Positions 42,938-54,900 of a stretch of DNA of 64,000 nucleotides are shown here, piece after piece (within the stretch, counting starts at the first letter, position 1; each line of letters begins with the position of its first letter). The translations under genes were made by a program, and so were the position numbers. A model generated the notes under the pieces. It was not told the DNA's origin. It worked only from the letters and a program-made list of their open reading frames with translations, and did no database searches. The DNA comes from a virus. Lineage: Duplodnaviria > Caudoviricetes. Location: IMG/VR virus record IMGVR_UViG_3300027759_000044; one strand, written 5' to 3'.

Positions 42938-45643
42938 TTAGAAGAATTGAGCCATATTACATTGAACCATAGAAGCGCCTGCACCAAAGTCCCATGGTCC
43001 TTGATTATTACCTAAGTTTCCTGATGAGTTATTACTAGCAAAGAAAGTATAAGGTGAGGTTATAAACGCATCTCTAATATTTGCGTATTGTATATTTGCA
43101 GTATTACCAGTATTTGTTTTATAAATACCCCATTGCGATCCGGAAACGTTACATTGTATTGCTGATGGATTTCCAGGAGTACCACTGTAGGAAAAGTTAG
43201 CTACTGTAAGTGTCACACCTGCACCGACTAGAATTCTTGATCCTCCAACCGTAGTTTGTATGTCGTTTACTGTTCCACTATTTAGTATATAAAGATTACT
43301 GGCGCTGTTATTAATTATATTACCGTATGTGCCGCCATTCAAATTAGCTAATTTACCCAAACTAACAGCGGTGTTTCCTGTTGAGCCACTAACGTTAGAA
43401 AAATATATATTTGGTACAGGAAGGCCAGGCGCTGATCCTAAATTATTTGCACTTCCTGAATTCATTGATCCTCTTCCACTAGGTAATCCGGTAAGATTTA
43501 TGTTTCCCGGACCATTTAAATAACCGGTACCAACTGTTCGTAATAAAGTTAATACATTACCTATATTTATAGTGACTCCGGTGTTGAGAGTTATATCGCC
43601 GGATCCGGACACAACAATAAAATTACTTACATTACCTGAATCTAAAAAGGTCATACTACCAAAGGTATTACCAAAAGTAATATTATTTATATTACTATTA
43701 TTTAATGTTATAGTTCCTACAACTCCGGTTGTATTACAAGTAAGGTTGGGTGCAGGAGAGCTATCCCAACCTGTAGTTCCAGTTCCTATATTCAAACTTT
43801 GAAAATTTATAAGACTATTGGCTTGAATTGAACCAGTATAGCCTAATGTGTTTGTGTCAAACATTTTAGCTGCAATACCTGCAATATTAGCTGCTCTATT
43901 ACCATACATATAAACATTAAATGCATTTTGTCTAGCGGACACATTGGTAATTCCAGAAGCATTGCCAATGCACAGGGCGCTGACTAACGGCGCACCTGTA
44001 ACATAATATCCAAATTGAAATCCACCATTTCCCATAGTGGTTGCCGCATCAGTAAAAAAGTTAGTAAAAACTGGCATATCACATGTAAACCCGGCGTTTA
44101 CGTCTGTCCTGCGATTTTCTATAATAATATTACCACCTTGAAAATTAAGGTATTGAGTAGATCCTGTAATAATACCACTATTAGCATAGCTTACACCAGA
44201 ACCAAATTTCATTTGATATCCATTAAGATTTAATGTAGTATTTCCACCCAAAGTTAATTGGGAAGAAGTTACGGCAGTAGTAGTATTACCTATAAGGTTG
44301 GCATACAAATTAAAAGTTTTAGGATTTTGTGTGCCAACAAGATTTAATCCCCTAATATCTATAGGAGTTCCATAATAATTAATAGTTCCGGACCACAAAT
44401 AAAGGCCAGAAGTACTGTTTGAAAATGTGGTACTTCCGGTAATGTTACCAGGCGCATTGGCAACATTTGAAAAATTAAGTTGATTACTTCCTATATCTAC
44501 TGCTAATGCAGAAAAAGTCAATGTTCCGGTATTAACAAAAAATCCTGGACCTTGAGAAGAGGACTCGCTACCTACTCGTGATTGTGCATTTGGAAAGGCG
44601 GCAGTAAATCCTTTAAAATCTAGAGTAGCACTATTGTTAACTATTAATGGGAAAGTAGTATTAAAGGTACCAATTGCCGATTGCAGTTCAGTATATACAC
44701 TGCCAATTAAAAGATTTCCAAAATAGGATCCTCCTGAATTTATTGTTGTATTGCCTGAATAATTAGCACTGGTCATTCTTATATTTAAATTAGCTTGATT
44801 ATTAGCAAAGTTAACTGATGACATTACACAAGCAGTCATAAATGCAGAATTTGCAGCAACGTTGTTTAAATTTAAGTTTTTTACATGCAAGGCCCCGGTA
44901 CTCGTTATGGTTGAAGCGCCGGGTCCAACAACAAAATTTGGCGGGGCACCATCGATGGTAACACCGGTACCAGTAGACGCAAATATTACTTGACGTTGTA
45001 CTGATGTATCTGTATAAAAGCCGCCACCGGAATCTGAACATGTCAGTGATGATACGCTTGCCATCAATAATATATTTGCATTGGCTGCTGAATTTAACAT
45101 ATTAATATTACCAGTACCAAAATTAATAACTCTAACAGCGGCAGCATTACTTGAAAATACTCCGCAATTAATGTTAAAGTTATTTAAATTAATAGTGCCT
45201 GAGGTCAATGTAAAGGTGCCAGCTGTACCGGTTAAGGTCCTTAGAGTATAATTTGCCGCTAAATTCCAAGTAAGAGCGGAACCGGTTAAATTAATCGGCG
45301 GGGCGCCGCCGGTAGGTACGGCTGATATTGTGCCTCCATTAGTAATGGCTGCTACTGTTGCCGTATTAGTCCAAGTTATTGCACTAGATATATAAAAATC
45401 TCCACGAACGGTAAGAACACCGGATCCGGCAACAGTGATTGCATTTGTTGAGTTTGCATAAAAATTTAAACAACTACCCAAAGTTAGTGTAATAGTTCCG
45501 GTACCACTGCTATTATTAATGAATACGTTGTCCGCGGCGCCGGGTACCGAGGCACCAGCTGGTCCTCCTGGTGAAGCGGACCATCTTGTGGTTCCAGTTG
45601 CTGCCCATGTTCCAGTACCAAGTACCCAATATCTATCTGCCAT
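42938..45643 (-). CDS. Gly/Asn-rich tail fibre or adhesin-like protein
   Basis: 901 aa; MADRYWVLGTGTW N-terminus; beta-helix-like composition. Confidence 0.75.
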   Translation of the reverse strand: MADRYWVLGTGTWAATGTTRWSASPGGPAGASVPGAADNVFINNSSGTGTITLTLGSCLNFYANSTNAITVAGSGVLTVRGDFYISSAITWTNTATVAAITNGGTISAVPTGGAPPINLTGSALTWNLAANYTLRTLTGTAGTFTLTSGTINLNNFNINCGVFSSNAAAVRVINFGTGNINMLNSAANANILLMASVSSLTCSDSGGGFYTDTSVQRQVIFASTGTGVTIDGAPPNFVVGPGASTITSTGALHVKNLNLNNVAANSAFMTACVMSSVNFANNQANLNIRMTSANYSGNTTINSGGSYFGNLLIGSVYTELQSAIGTFNTTFPLIVNNSATLDFKGFTAAFPNAQSRVGSESSSQGPGFFVNTGTLTFSALAVDIGSNQLNFSNVANAPGNITGSTTFSNSTSGLYLWSGTINYYGTPIDIRGLNLVGTQNPKTFNLYANLIGNTTTAVTSSQLTLGGNTTLNLNGYQMKFGSGVSYANSGIITGSTQYLNFQGGNIIIENRRTDVNAGFTCDMPVFTNFFTDAATTMGNGGFQFGYYVTGAPLVSALCIGNASGITNVSARQNAFNVYMYGNRAANIAGIAAKMFDTNTLGYTGSIQANSLINFQSLNIGTGTTGWDSSPAPNLTCNTTGVVGTITLNNSNINNITFGNTFGSMTFLDSGNVSNFIVVSGSGDITLNTGVTINIGNVLTLLRTVGTGYLNGPGNINLTGLPSGRGSMNSGSANNLGSAPGLPVPNIYFSNVSGSTGNTAVSLGKLANLNGGTYGNIINNSASNLYILNSGTVNDIQTTVGGSRILVGAGVTLTVANFSYSGTPGNPSAIQCNVSGSQWGIYKTNTGNTANIQYANIRDAFITSPYTFFASNNSSGNLGNNQGPWDFGAGASMVQCNMAQFF

Positions 45644-45699
45644 TGTTTTTTCCTATATTCTATTTATTGTTGTATACTATTTGTTAATTTTCATAATTA

Positions 45700-45999
45700 T
45701 TATATAGCCTGTTGTGATGGGTCAACGGTTGAAGTATCAGTAACTACATCAGTAACTACATCAGTAACTACATCAGTAACTACATCAGTTACTTCATCCG
45801 TCAAATCTTGAGATGATGCTAGCAGGGCAAGGTAATTGTCAAATCGTTGTTGTTTTATTGTGTTGATTTCTGCTTGAGTTAGTGTATCATACACTTCTTG
45901 TGTAAACCATAACGCATCCTTATAAGGAAATCCAACATCGGGTATAATTTCAAAAATTACCTGTACATTTCCATCTATTTGATTAATAATATCTTCCAC
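45700..45999 (-). CDS. Small fibre-associated hypothetical protein with TDVV repeats
   Basis: 99 aa, GTG start. Confidence 0.6.
   Translation of the reverse strand: MEDIINQIDGNVQVIFEIIPDVGFPYKDALWFTQEVYDTLTQAEINTIKQQRFDNYLALLASSQDLTDEVTDVVTDVVTDVVTDVVTDTSTVDPSQQAI
45736..45795. repeat. 12-bp tandem repeat (ATCAGTAACTAC x4 + 1 degenerate)
   Basis: Directly visible; in frame, encodes TDVV repeats. Confidence 0.9.
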
Positions 46000-46065
46000 T
46001 TTGATATCTCCTTTCTTATATGTTAAACAAAGTTAAAGTTTTTACAAATTAATAATATATTTATA

Positions 46066-49000
46066 TTAAGCAAAACCAAAGTTTCTAGAAATAAGATTCC
46101 ATGAAGAATCTGGACTATTATATATCCATCCCATATAATCATATTTATTACTACCAGACGTTACTGTAGGTGGTGCTAAATCTGTTGATCCATTAAAGAT
46201 TGCATTAAAACTAAATGTTAAACTGTTAGTAGATTGTATTCTAAATAAAAGTTTTTGCCCATCGTACGGTGTACCTGTCGGGGCATTTATAGTCACTGTT
46301 CCGGAACCTGTATTTGTTTGTGTAGCCATATCAGTGATATCTGCGTTTATCGTAACTGATAAAGAATCTGCTATAGCTACAACTCTGGGTTTTAAGGCAG
46401 CTGAAATACCAGTAGTACTAACTACAACTACATTTGCTACACCACCAACACCCATTGTGATGTTGCCGCCGGATGTAGCAATATTAACATTACTAGTACC
46501 ATTTGCGATATTGGCTCCACCACCGCCTCCTCCTCCACCTGTTGCCCAAGATAGATTGCCAGCACCATCAGTTGACAAGAATTGTCCACTAGTACCACCT
46601 GTAATTTTAATGTCGGCATTACTACCTAATGATAATACCCCACTAGCATATGTAGCAGTTGATATACCCCCAAATGCTCCGGCATTGTTATATTGTAATT
46701 GTGTATTAGAACCACCGGGTGATCCACCACCTCCGCCGCCGCCGGCAGCCCAACTTAATCCACCAGAACCATCTGTTTGTAAATAATATCCTGATGTACC
46801 ACCACTAATATGTAGGTTAGATACTGATCCTAAAGTAACGTTAGCAGTTGTTGTAAAATTAACAACCCCTGTTGCATTACTTACTGTTAAACCAGTTAAT
46901 GATCCAGTTGAAGTGATATTGGGTTGAGCGGCAGTTGTTAATGTACCAGTAAATAGTGTGGCACTTAATGTACTAGTGGCAGCGTTATATGATAAATTAG
47001 TATTTGCTGATTCAGCAACATTACCGGTTACCGCATTAGCAAATATTGGATAATAAGTACCGGTAGTTGCAGTGGTAACGTTAATAAAATCAGCAACATT
47101 GGCATAATCAACACTTAAATTACCAACCCGTGTAGTACTCGTAACAACGAACGGAGCTGTTCCTGTAGCTACATTAGATATCAATTGCGGTGAAGTAATA
47201 GTGTTAGACGCTAAGAAAGTATTAGCAGAAATAACATTAGCACTAGATATATTACCACCAGAACCAGAACTAATAAGATTACCCACAGTTGCATTGCCAC
47301 TTACGTTCAACGTACCTGTTATATTTGAACCAGTACTAGTAACAACTAATACATTTGCGGCGCCAGTCGCACTAATGTTAACATTACCATTAGCAGCCGG
47401 TATACTTACATTACTATTTCCATTAGCAAATACACCAAGTAAGTTACCACCAGTTATATTAGCTGTAGTAGTAATTGCGTTTGCACCAGCCGCAATGATA
47501 CCAATAATGTTACCACCTAATATATTACCGGTGCCTGTATTTAACGTACCTACTATATTAGCACCAGTACCAGTAATTACCATTGTTGTGTTTCCAACAG
47601 CAGTAAAGTTTATATTACCATTAGCAGCCGGTATGTTAACATTACTATTTCCATTAGCATGTGGTCCAAGTAAGTTTCCACCAGTTATATTAGCTGTAGT
47701 AGTAATTGCGTTTGCGCCGGCAGCGATAATACCAATGATATTTCCACCTAAGATATTACCTGTACCTGTATTTAATGTACCGGCAACGTTAACACCAGTA
47801 CCAGTAATTACTACTACGTTAGCATTTCCAACAGCACTAAAGTTAATGTTTCCATTAGCTGCCGGTATACTTACATTACTATTACCATTAGCAAATACAC
47901 CAATAAACGTATTAGCTGTAATAACATTAGCTCCGGATATGTTACCACCTGATCCTCCTCCTGCAACAATACTATTAGCAAAAATAACATTTGCACCGGT
48001 TATGTTACCACCAGACCCAGAACCTGCAATAAGATTTCCAACAGTTGCGTTACCGGCTGCTGTGATTGTAGTAGCAGAAATAACATTAGCACCAGATATG
48101 TTACCACCTGTACCACCACCGGTATTTAAATTACCACCTAAATAAGTATCACCGGATGCAACAAACATTGCATATGAAGTAGTTACAGTAGCATTGGTAC
48201 TTGCTGTTGGATTAGATGCAATATAAAATGTAGCTAAGTTTGTATACGTCATTGCATTAGAACCAACAATTGTTGGGGTAGCAATATAATGTATTGCTCC
48301 ATTTGCAATAGTTGCTGCCGCTGATGTGTCTGTATATGTAGATGCGACTGTCCTTAATCCCATATTACCCATCGTAGCTAATACATTAGCTACACCACTT
48401 GCAGCGCCAGTAATTGTTATATTATTTGATTGTACAGTTCCATTAGCACCAGTTGTTGTAAAGTTAGCCCCGGTTACTAAACCAGTAATATTAGCTGTAC
48501 CGGTTATATTTGCGCCTGTAGTAGTAAAATTTGCTCTTGCTGTTGCATTGCCAGCAACAAACAGTGTTATGTTTGCATTAGAAGTAATAGTAATATTACT
48601 ATTACCATTTGCTAGTTTACCAACAAAGTTTGCGCCAACAACATTACCTGTGATATTTGCAGTACCTACTATATTGGCGCCTGTACCAGTGATTACCATT
48701 ACTGTATTACCAACAGCACTAATATTGACATTGCCATTAGCTACCGGTATACTAACATTACTATTTCCATTAGCTAATGTAGAACTTGAACTTATACTTG
48801 CCCAACTTAAATTACCTGCACCATCTGTTTGTAAGTACTGACTACTGGTGCCACCGGTTATAACTACATTACCAACTGCACCTAAATTACTTTGTCCACT
48901 TACGTTGAATGTACCGGCTACATTAGCACCGGTGCTAGTTACAACTAATACATTTGCTGTTCCACCTACACTTGTATTAACATTGCCGCCGGAAGCCGGG

Positions 49001-51873
49001 ATATCAACATTACTAGTACCATTTGCGATATTGGCTCCACCGCCCCCTCCACCTGATTGAGCTACCCAAGATAAAGTACCCGATCCATCTGTTTGTAATA
49101 CATAACCACTAGTACCACCAGATATATGTAAATTAGCTACAGCACCCAAAGTAACATTGGCAGTAGTTGTAAAGTTGACCACACCAGTTGCATTGCTTAC
49201 TGTTAATCCAGTTAAGCTACCAACACTTGTAATATTTGGTTGAGCATTTGTATACACTGTACCGGCTACCAATGCATTACCAACTTGACCGGTAACGTTA
49301 GCACCTACGATAGAACTTAATCCATTACCATTACCAGTAAACACTCCTGTATTGGCAGTAAATGCTGAAGCTGTAACGGTTCCGCTAACATCTAAACTTG
49401 TTAAGGTACCAACACTTGTAATATTTGGTTGTGCCGCAGTTGTTACAGTACCGGCTGTAGTTGCACTTCCGGCTGTTGTAGCAGATCCTGCTGTTGCTAC
49501 ACTTAAATTAGCTACTTGAGTAGTACTTGTAACTATAAACGGTGCTGTACCAGTTGTAACATTTGATATGAGTTGAGGTGAGGTAATGTTGGCAGATGCA
49601 AGTACTTGGGCCGTTCCTAAGTTACCTATGTTGGCATTGCCTGCGCCTGTATTTAATGTACCGGCTACGTTAATTCCTGTACCAGTAACAACAACAACAT
49701 TAGCAGTACCTATTGCTGATATATTAACATTGCCATTTGCGGCTGGTATACTTATATTACTATTTCCATTAACAAAGACACCGGTAAAGAAATTAGCAGA
49801 TATTAAATTGGCACCAGTAATATTACCACCTGTACCAGATCCAGCTGTAATATTGCCTGCGATTAAATTTCCAGTTACATTAGCCGTACCTGAAATATTT
49901 GCACCTGTGCCAGTTATTACCAAAACGTTAGCATTGCCAACAGCACTTAAATTTATATTGCCATTTGCGGCCGGTATACTTATATTACTATTACCATTAG
50001 CAAAGACACCGATTAAATTACCACCGGTAATGTTACCTGTAGTAGTAATTGAGTTTGATCCGGCTGCAATAATACCAATAATGTTGCCACCGGTAATGTT
50101 ACCTGTAGTAGTAATTGCATTTGATCCGGCTGCGATAATACCAATAATGTTACCACCTGAGATATTACCTGTAGTAGTAATTGAATTTGATCCGGCTGCA
50201 ATAATACCAATAATGTTACCACCTGAGATATTACCTGTAGTAGTAATTGCATTTGATCCGGCTGCGATAATACCAATAATGTTACCACCAATGATATTGC
50301 CTGTACCTGTATTTAAGGTGCCTGCTACATTGACCCCTGTACCACTAACTACCATTGTTGTATTTCCAACAGCAGTAAAGTTTATATTGCCATTAGCAGC
50401 CGGTATGTTAACATTACTATTACCATTGCTGATATTAGAACTGCCACCTCCACCGGATTGTGCTACCCAAGATAGAGTACCTGATCCATCTGTTTGTAAT
50501 ACATAACCACTAGTACCACCAGATATATGTAAATTAGCTACAGCACCCAAAGTAACATTGGCAGTAGTTGTAAAGTTGACCACACCAGTTGCATTGCTTA
50601 CTGTTAAGCCAGTTAAACTGCCGACCGACGTTATATTTGGTTGAGCGTTGGTTGTTACTGTACCGGCTGTTGTAGCAGTACCCGAAGTAGCTACGCTTAA
50701 ATTAGCAACTTGAGTAGTACTTGTAACTACAAATGGTGCTGTGCCTGTAGCTATATTTGATATGAGTTGAGGTGAAGTAATGTTGGCAGAAGCAAGTACT
50801 TGTGCTGTGCCTAAATTACCTATGTTAGCATTGCCTGTTACTGTTAAAGATGTTAATGATCCAACACTAGTAATGTTTGGCTGAGCATTAGTTGTTAATG
50901 TACCGGTGAAATAATTAGCAGATACTAAATTAGCCCCTGTTATATTACCACCTGTACCAGATCCAGCACTAATATTACCTGCACTTAAATTACCAGTAAT
51001 GTTTGCTGTACCTGCTATATTTGCACCGGTACCAGTGATTACTAAGATGTTAGCATTGCCGGCGGATGATATATTAACATTACCATTTGCGGCCGGAATG
51101 TTTATATTGCTATTACCATTTGCTAGTATACCAATAAAATTACCTGATGTAGTATTACCAGTTACTGCTAATGAACTCAATGTACCAACTGAAGTTATAT
51201 TTGGTTGAGCATTTGTATATACCGTACCGGAAATCAATGCGTTACCTACTTGGCCGGTTACATTAGCACCTACTATTGAACTTAGTCCATTGCCATTACC
51301 AGTAATTATTCCTGAGCCAGTGTTCAATGTACCGGCTACATTAACTCCTGTACCAGTAACAATCATTATATTTGCGTTACCCACAGCACTAAAGTTTATA
51401 TTACCATTTGCGGCTGGTATATTTACATTACTATTACCATTGCTGATACTGCTAGTTGAACCAGATGTTACTGTAGCCCAAGTTAATGTACCTGAACCGT
51501 CTGTTTGTAGATATTGACCACTAGAGCCTCCTGTGATATGTACATTACCAACAGCACCAAGTGAAGTATTACTTGTATTAGAAAAGTTTACAATGCCATT
51601 ACTTGTTAGTCCGGTTAATGTACCAACACTAGTGATATTTGGTTGTGCATTTGTATATACAGTGCCGGAAACTAATGCGTTACTTACTTGTCCGGTTACG
51701 TTTGCGCCCTGAATATTACTTAGATTATTACCAGATCCTATGAAGAAATTAGCTGTTGCTGTATTACCAAGATTAGCGTTAAGTGAAGATAGGTTACCCG
51801 TAGCTGTTACGTTATTGAACGTAAAGTTACCTGTTGTGTCTACGATGTAGGGTTCTATCAGTATTAAAGCCAT
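46066..51873 (-). CDS. Long repetitive tail fibre protein (1935 aa)
   Basis: Recurring NGNSNVNIPAANGN, AQPNITSVG, LQTDGSGxLSW modules. Confidence 0.85.
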   Translation of the reverse strand: MALILIEPYIVDTTGNFTFNNVTATGNLSSLNANLGNTATANFFIGSGNNLSNIQGANVTGQVSNALVSGTVYTNAQPNITSVGTLTGLTSNGIVNFSNTSNTSLGAVGNVHITGGSSGQYLQTDGSGTLTWATVTSGSTSSISNGNSNVNIPAANGNINFSAVGNANIMIVTGTGVNVAGTLNTGSGIITGNGNGLSSIVGANVTGQVGNALISGTVYTNAQPNITSVGTLSSLAVTGNTTSGNFIGILANGNSNINIPAANGNVNISSAGNANILVITGTGANIAGTANITGNLSAGNISAGSGTGGNITGANLVSANYFTGTLTTNAQPNITSVGSLTSLTVTGNANIGNLGTAQVLASANITSPQLISNIATGTAPFVVTSTTQVANLSVATSGTATTAGTVTTNAQPNITSVGSLTGLTVSNATGVVNFTTTANVTLGAVANLHISGGTSGYVLQTDGSGTLSWVAQSGGGGSSNISNGNSNVNIPAANGNINFTAVGNTTMVVSGTGVNVAGTLNTGTGNIIGGNIIGIIAAGSNAITTTGNISGGNIIGIIAAGSNSITTTGNISGGNIIGIIAAGSNAITTTGNITGGNIIGIIAAGSNSITTTGNITGGNLIGVFANGNSNISIPAANGNINLSAVGNANVLVITGTGANISGTANVTGNLIAGNITAGSGTGGNITGANLISANFFTGVFVNGNSNISIPAANGNVNISAIGTANVVVVTGTGINVAGTLNTGAGNANIGNLGTAQVLASANITSPQLISNVTTGTAPFIVTSTTQVANLSVATAGSATTAGSATTAGTVTTAAQPNITSVGTLTSLDVSGTVTASAFTANTGVFTGNGNGLSSIVGANVTGQVGNALVAGTVYTNAQPNITSVGSLTGLTVSNATGVVNFTTTANVTLGAVANLHISGGTSGYVLQTDGSGTLSWVAQSGGGGGGANIANGTSNVDIPASGGNVNTSVGGTANVLVVTSTGANVAGTFNVSGQSNLGAVGNVVITGGTSSQYLQTDGAGNLSWASISSSSTLANGNSNVSIPVANGNVNISAVGNTVMVITGTGANIVGTANITGNVVGANFVGKLANGNSNITITSNANITLFVAGNATARANFTTTGANITGTANITGLVTGANFTTTGANGTVQSNNITITGAASGVANVLATMGNMGLRTVASTYTDTSAAATIANGAIHYIATPTIVGSNAMTYTNLATFYIASNPTASTNATVTTSYAMFVASGDTYLGGNLNTGGGTGGNISGANVISATTITAAGNATVGNLIAGSGSGGNITGANVIFANSIVAGGGSGGNISGANVITANTFIGVFANGNSNVSIPAANGNINFSAVGNANVVVITGTGVNVAGTLNTGTGNILGGNIIGIIAAGANAITTTANITGGNLLGPHANGNSNVNIPAANGNINFTAVGNTTMVITGTGANIVGTLNTGTGNILGGNIIGIIAAGANAITTTANITGGNLLGVFANGNSNVSIPAANGNVNISATGAANVLVVTSTGSNITGTLNVSGNATVGNLISSGSGGNISSANVISANTFLASNTITSPQLISNVATGTAPFVVTSTTRVGNLSVDYANVADFINVTTATTGTYYPIFANAVTGNVAESANTNLSYNAATSTLSATLFTGTLTTAAQPNITSTGSLTGLTVSNATGVVNFTTTANVTLGSVSNLHISGGTSGYYLQTDGSGGLSWAAGGGGGGGSPGGSNTQLQYNNAGAFGGISTATYASGVLSLGSNADIKITGGTSGQFLSTDGAGNLSWATGGGGGGGGANIANGTSNVNIATSGGNITMGVGGVANVVVVSTTGISAALKPRVVAIADSLSVTINADITDMATQTNTGSGTVTINAPTGTPYDGQKLLFRIQSTNSLTFSFNAIFNGSTDLAPPTVTSGSNKYDYMGWIYNSPDSSWNLISRNFGFA
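50010..50310. repeat. 60-bp (20-aa) tandem repeat in fibre gene
   Basis: GGNIIGIIAAGSNAITTTGNI unit repeated about 4-5 times; related copies at 47440-47800. Confidence 0.85.
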
Positions 51874-51925
51874 TTTTTATCCTATTATACTATATTTAGT
51901 CTTTTTATTCATGGAGGTCATCTGT

Positions 51926-54900
51926 TTAATATATTGGGAAAGCACTTGTTGGGGCGGTGAAGTTACTTGTATAACGTGCATACCCTTTTGTAACGCGGAG
52001 ATCGTCTATGTAACCATTTAGACCATTCGTTCCGAGGTTAGTTCCATCTCCGCCTATAAATGGTCTTAATGCGGCATTTAAATATACATTTGTGTCTGTA
52101 TATGTAGATCCAGATTGTATTCCATTAACAAATAATTTAGTGCTTGTGCTTGATCTTGAAACTGCAATGTGATACCACTGGCTTGTGGATAAAGTGCTTC
52201 CAGTAATTCTATTTGCTGAGTTAGTGTAATAATAAAGCGTGGACCCACTCATATAAAGAGTTGGATATACTCCACCGGCTAACGGTCTTTGGTCATAAAA
52301 AACCTGTGTCCCACTAACAGAATTTAAATAAAGCCACATTTCAATTGTAAAATCTCCACTACCAAATGCATACAAATCAGTTGTTGCGGCATTACTTGTT
52401 AGATAATCACCAGTACCATCAAAAAACATACTGCTTCCGCCAAACTTACTTATTGCTGTACTTAGTTTTGCATCACCAACAGTTTCCATATTATTCATCA
52501 TTGCGGCATCGTAGATACCAGCACTAGTCATATTAGTTAATATACTTGTATTTTGTACTGCTGTTAATGGTGCTGACGGTGGTACAAAGTTACTGGTGTA
52601 TAGTGCGGTACCGTTTAATAGGCGAGCATCTGATAGATATCCAAAATAATACTCTACACCAGGACCGGGGTTAGTACCAATAACACAGGCAGCATTAGTA
52701 AACGCAGTGGATGTGGTCCAAGAATTAGTGCTAACAACGCCATTGATATATATATAAACTATTCCACTGTTTCTAACTACAGCAACATGATTCCATGCAT
52801 TTAACGTCATTGCATTACTGGATGTTACTACAAAACTTGAGTTAGAGTAAATAAAAATATTACCCGCGGAGTTCAATCCAACATGTAATCCCGTAGAGTT
52901 AATAGTGTTTGTATTTGACCAAATGCCTTTGTAGCTTGAGAATGCAGTTGGATATAACCATGTTTCAAAAGTAAAAGCTGCACTAAGACTAAAAACATTA
53001 TTAGTTGGTGCTGTTAAATAATCCCCAGTACCATCAAAGTAACCACTACCGCCGATTGTACTTACTGTATAGCCATTTGTAGTTGCACTAGTAAAACCGA
53101 ATGGATTTTGTTGTGTTGGTTGGCTATTACCAAATGCAGATATAGTAAAGTTGTTTGTACTGTTATCTATAAATGTTGGTGATTGACATGTTAATAAACT
53201 TGTACCAGATATTGCTGTTAGGGGACTTGTTGGAGGTGTGAATGCTGATGTATACACTGCGGTACCTTTAACTATACGGGCATTAGAAATATATCCTGTT
53301 ACATATTCACCATTATATGCACCGTTTCTACCAATAGCAACTATTTGAGTTGAGTCAGTTATGGCTAAACTTCCCATATTCAATGCAGTAGATTGAACTC
53401 CATTTACATATATATAAACACTGGCTCCGTTACGAACTCCTGCTAGGTGTACCCATGTGTTTGTAGAAATTGCAGATGCCGCTGTAGCAAAATACATAGC
53501 ACCGGCATAACCTACTCCTATTTTAGGTGTTCCACTGTTAACATTAAGGACAAAACTCATAGAACCCTGAGAACCACCTGAATCACAGGTTCCGATTACT
53601 ATCTGAGAACCGGAAATTGTTGATAAATTTACCCAGCATTCAATTGTAAAGTCTCCGGCTCCCATAGTAAAGGTAACATTATCCGGAACACTTATATAAT
53701 CTCCAGTACCATCAAAATAACCACTATAACTAGTTGGGGTTAATGATGATGGATTGAATGGTGAGAAACGCTGTACTGTTGGTGTACCTGATATAGTAAC
53801 TGCGTATCTGTTAGGACTGTTGTCAACAAATGATTGAGATTGGCAAGTTAGTAGGGATGTATTGGCTATTGCAGTTAATGGTGTAGTTGATGGCGTAAAC
53901 GTTGATGTGTAAACTGCTGTTCCGTTAACAATGCGTAAATTACTAATATAACCATTATATCCACCTGATGCTCCGGGATCACGACCAATATATGTAGTTT
54001 CTAAAGAACCAACAGTTCCAGAATTTGTATAAGTTGCCGCATCAGCAACACCATTAATATAAATCTTAGCAATGCCTGAGCTTCTTACTAATGCTATGTG
54101 AGTCCATGTATTTAACGAAACAGTAAGAGATGTTGTTATTCTTACTGATGCTGGTGTGTAGTAAGAAACTGTTCCATTTGTATTAATCCATAATTCCCAT
54201 GTCTGACCAATAATTACGCCATTGTTTGGCAAACTTGTTACGTACACCCAACATTCAACTGTAAAGGCAGCCGTCATTGCTTGAATTGTTGTTTGAATAT
54301 AGTTTGATTGTCCGTTATTAAAATAGTTACTCCAGTTACCACCGTATGGCGAGAATGTACCTTGAGTAGTATTACCAGCTCTTGTTACTAAAAAGTTATT
54401 ACTACTGTTATCTAAAAATACACTATTGTTTACTGATTGATTGTTTTGTAATACTAATAAACTTGTATTTGCTATAGCGGTTAAGGGTGCTGATGGTGGT
54501 GTGAATATTTGAGTGCCGGTAGTTGTACTGCTTGTTTGATAACCAGCTGGAATTGATCCTTTGATTATGCGAAGGTCAACTAGATATCCGTTAAGGGCAG
54601 TTCCACTATAACCTGTACCAATATTTAATTGACTAACAGATGAAACATTTTGTGATGCGCCGGTTGTATAACTAGATAGATTACCATTTAAGAATCCACG
54701 AATAACAGAACCACTTCTTGTATAAACAAGATGGTGCCATACCTTAGGAGTAATAGATCCTATTGAATAAGCAGTACCTACTACATATAAAGAAGATGTG
54801 CTAGTGTTTAATGTCCAATCAAACCCAGATCCATTATAGTCAGAAGTCGCACATATCCTATCAAACGTTCCAGTGCTAATACTGTTTGCGTATAACCATA

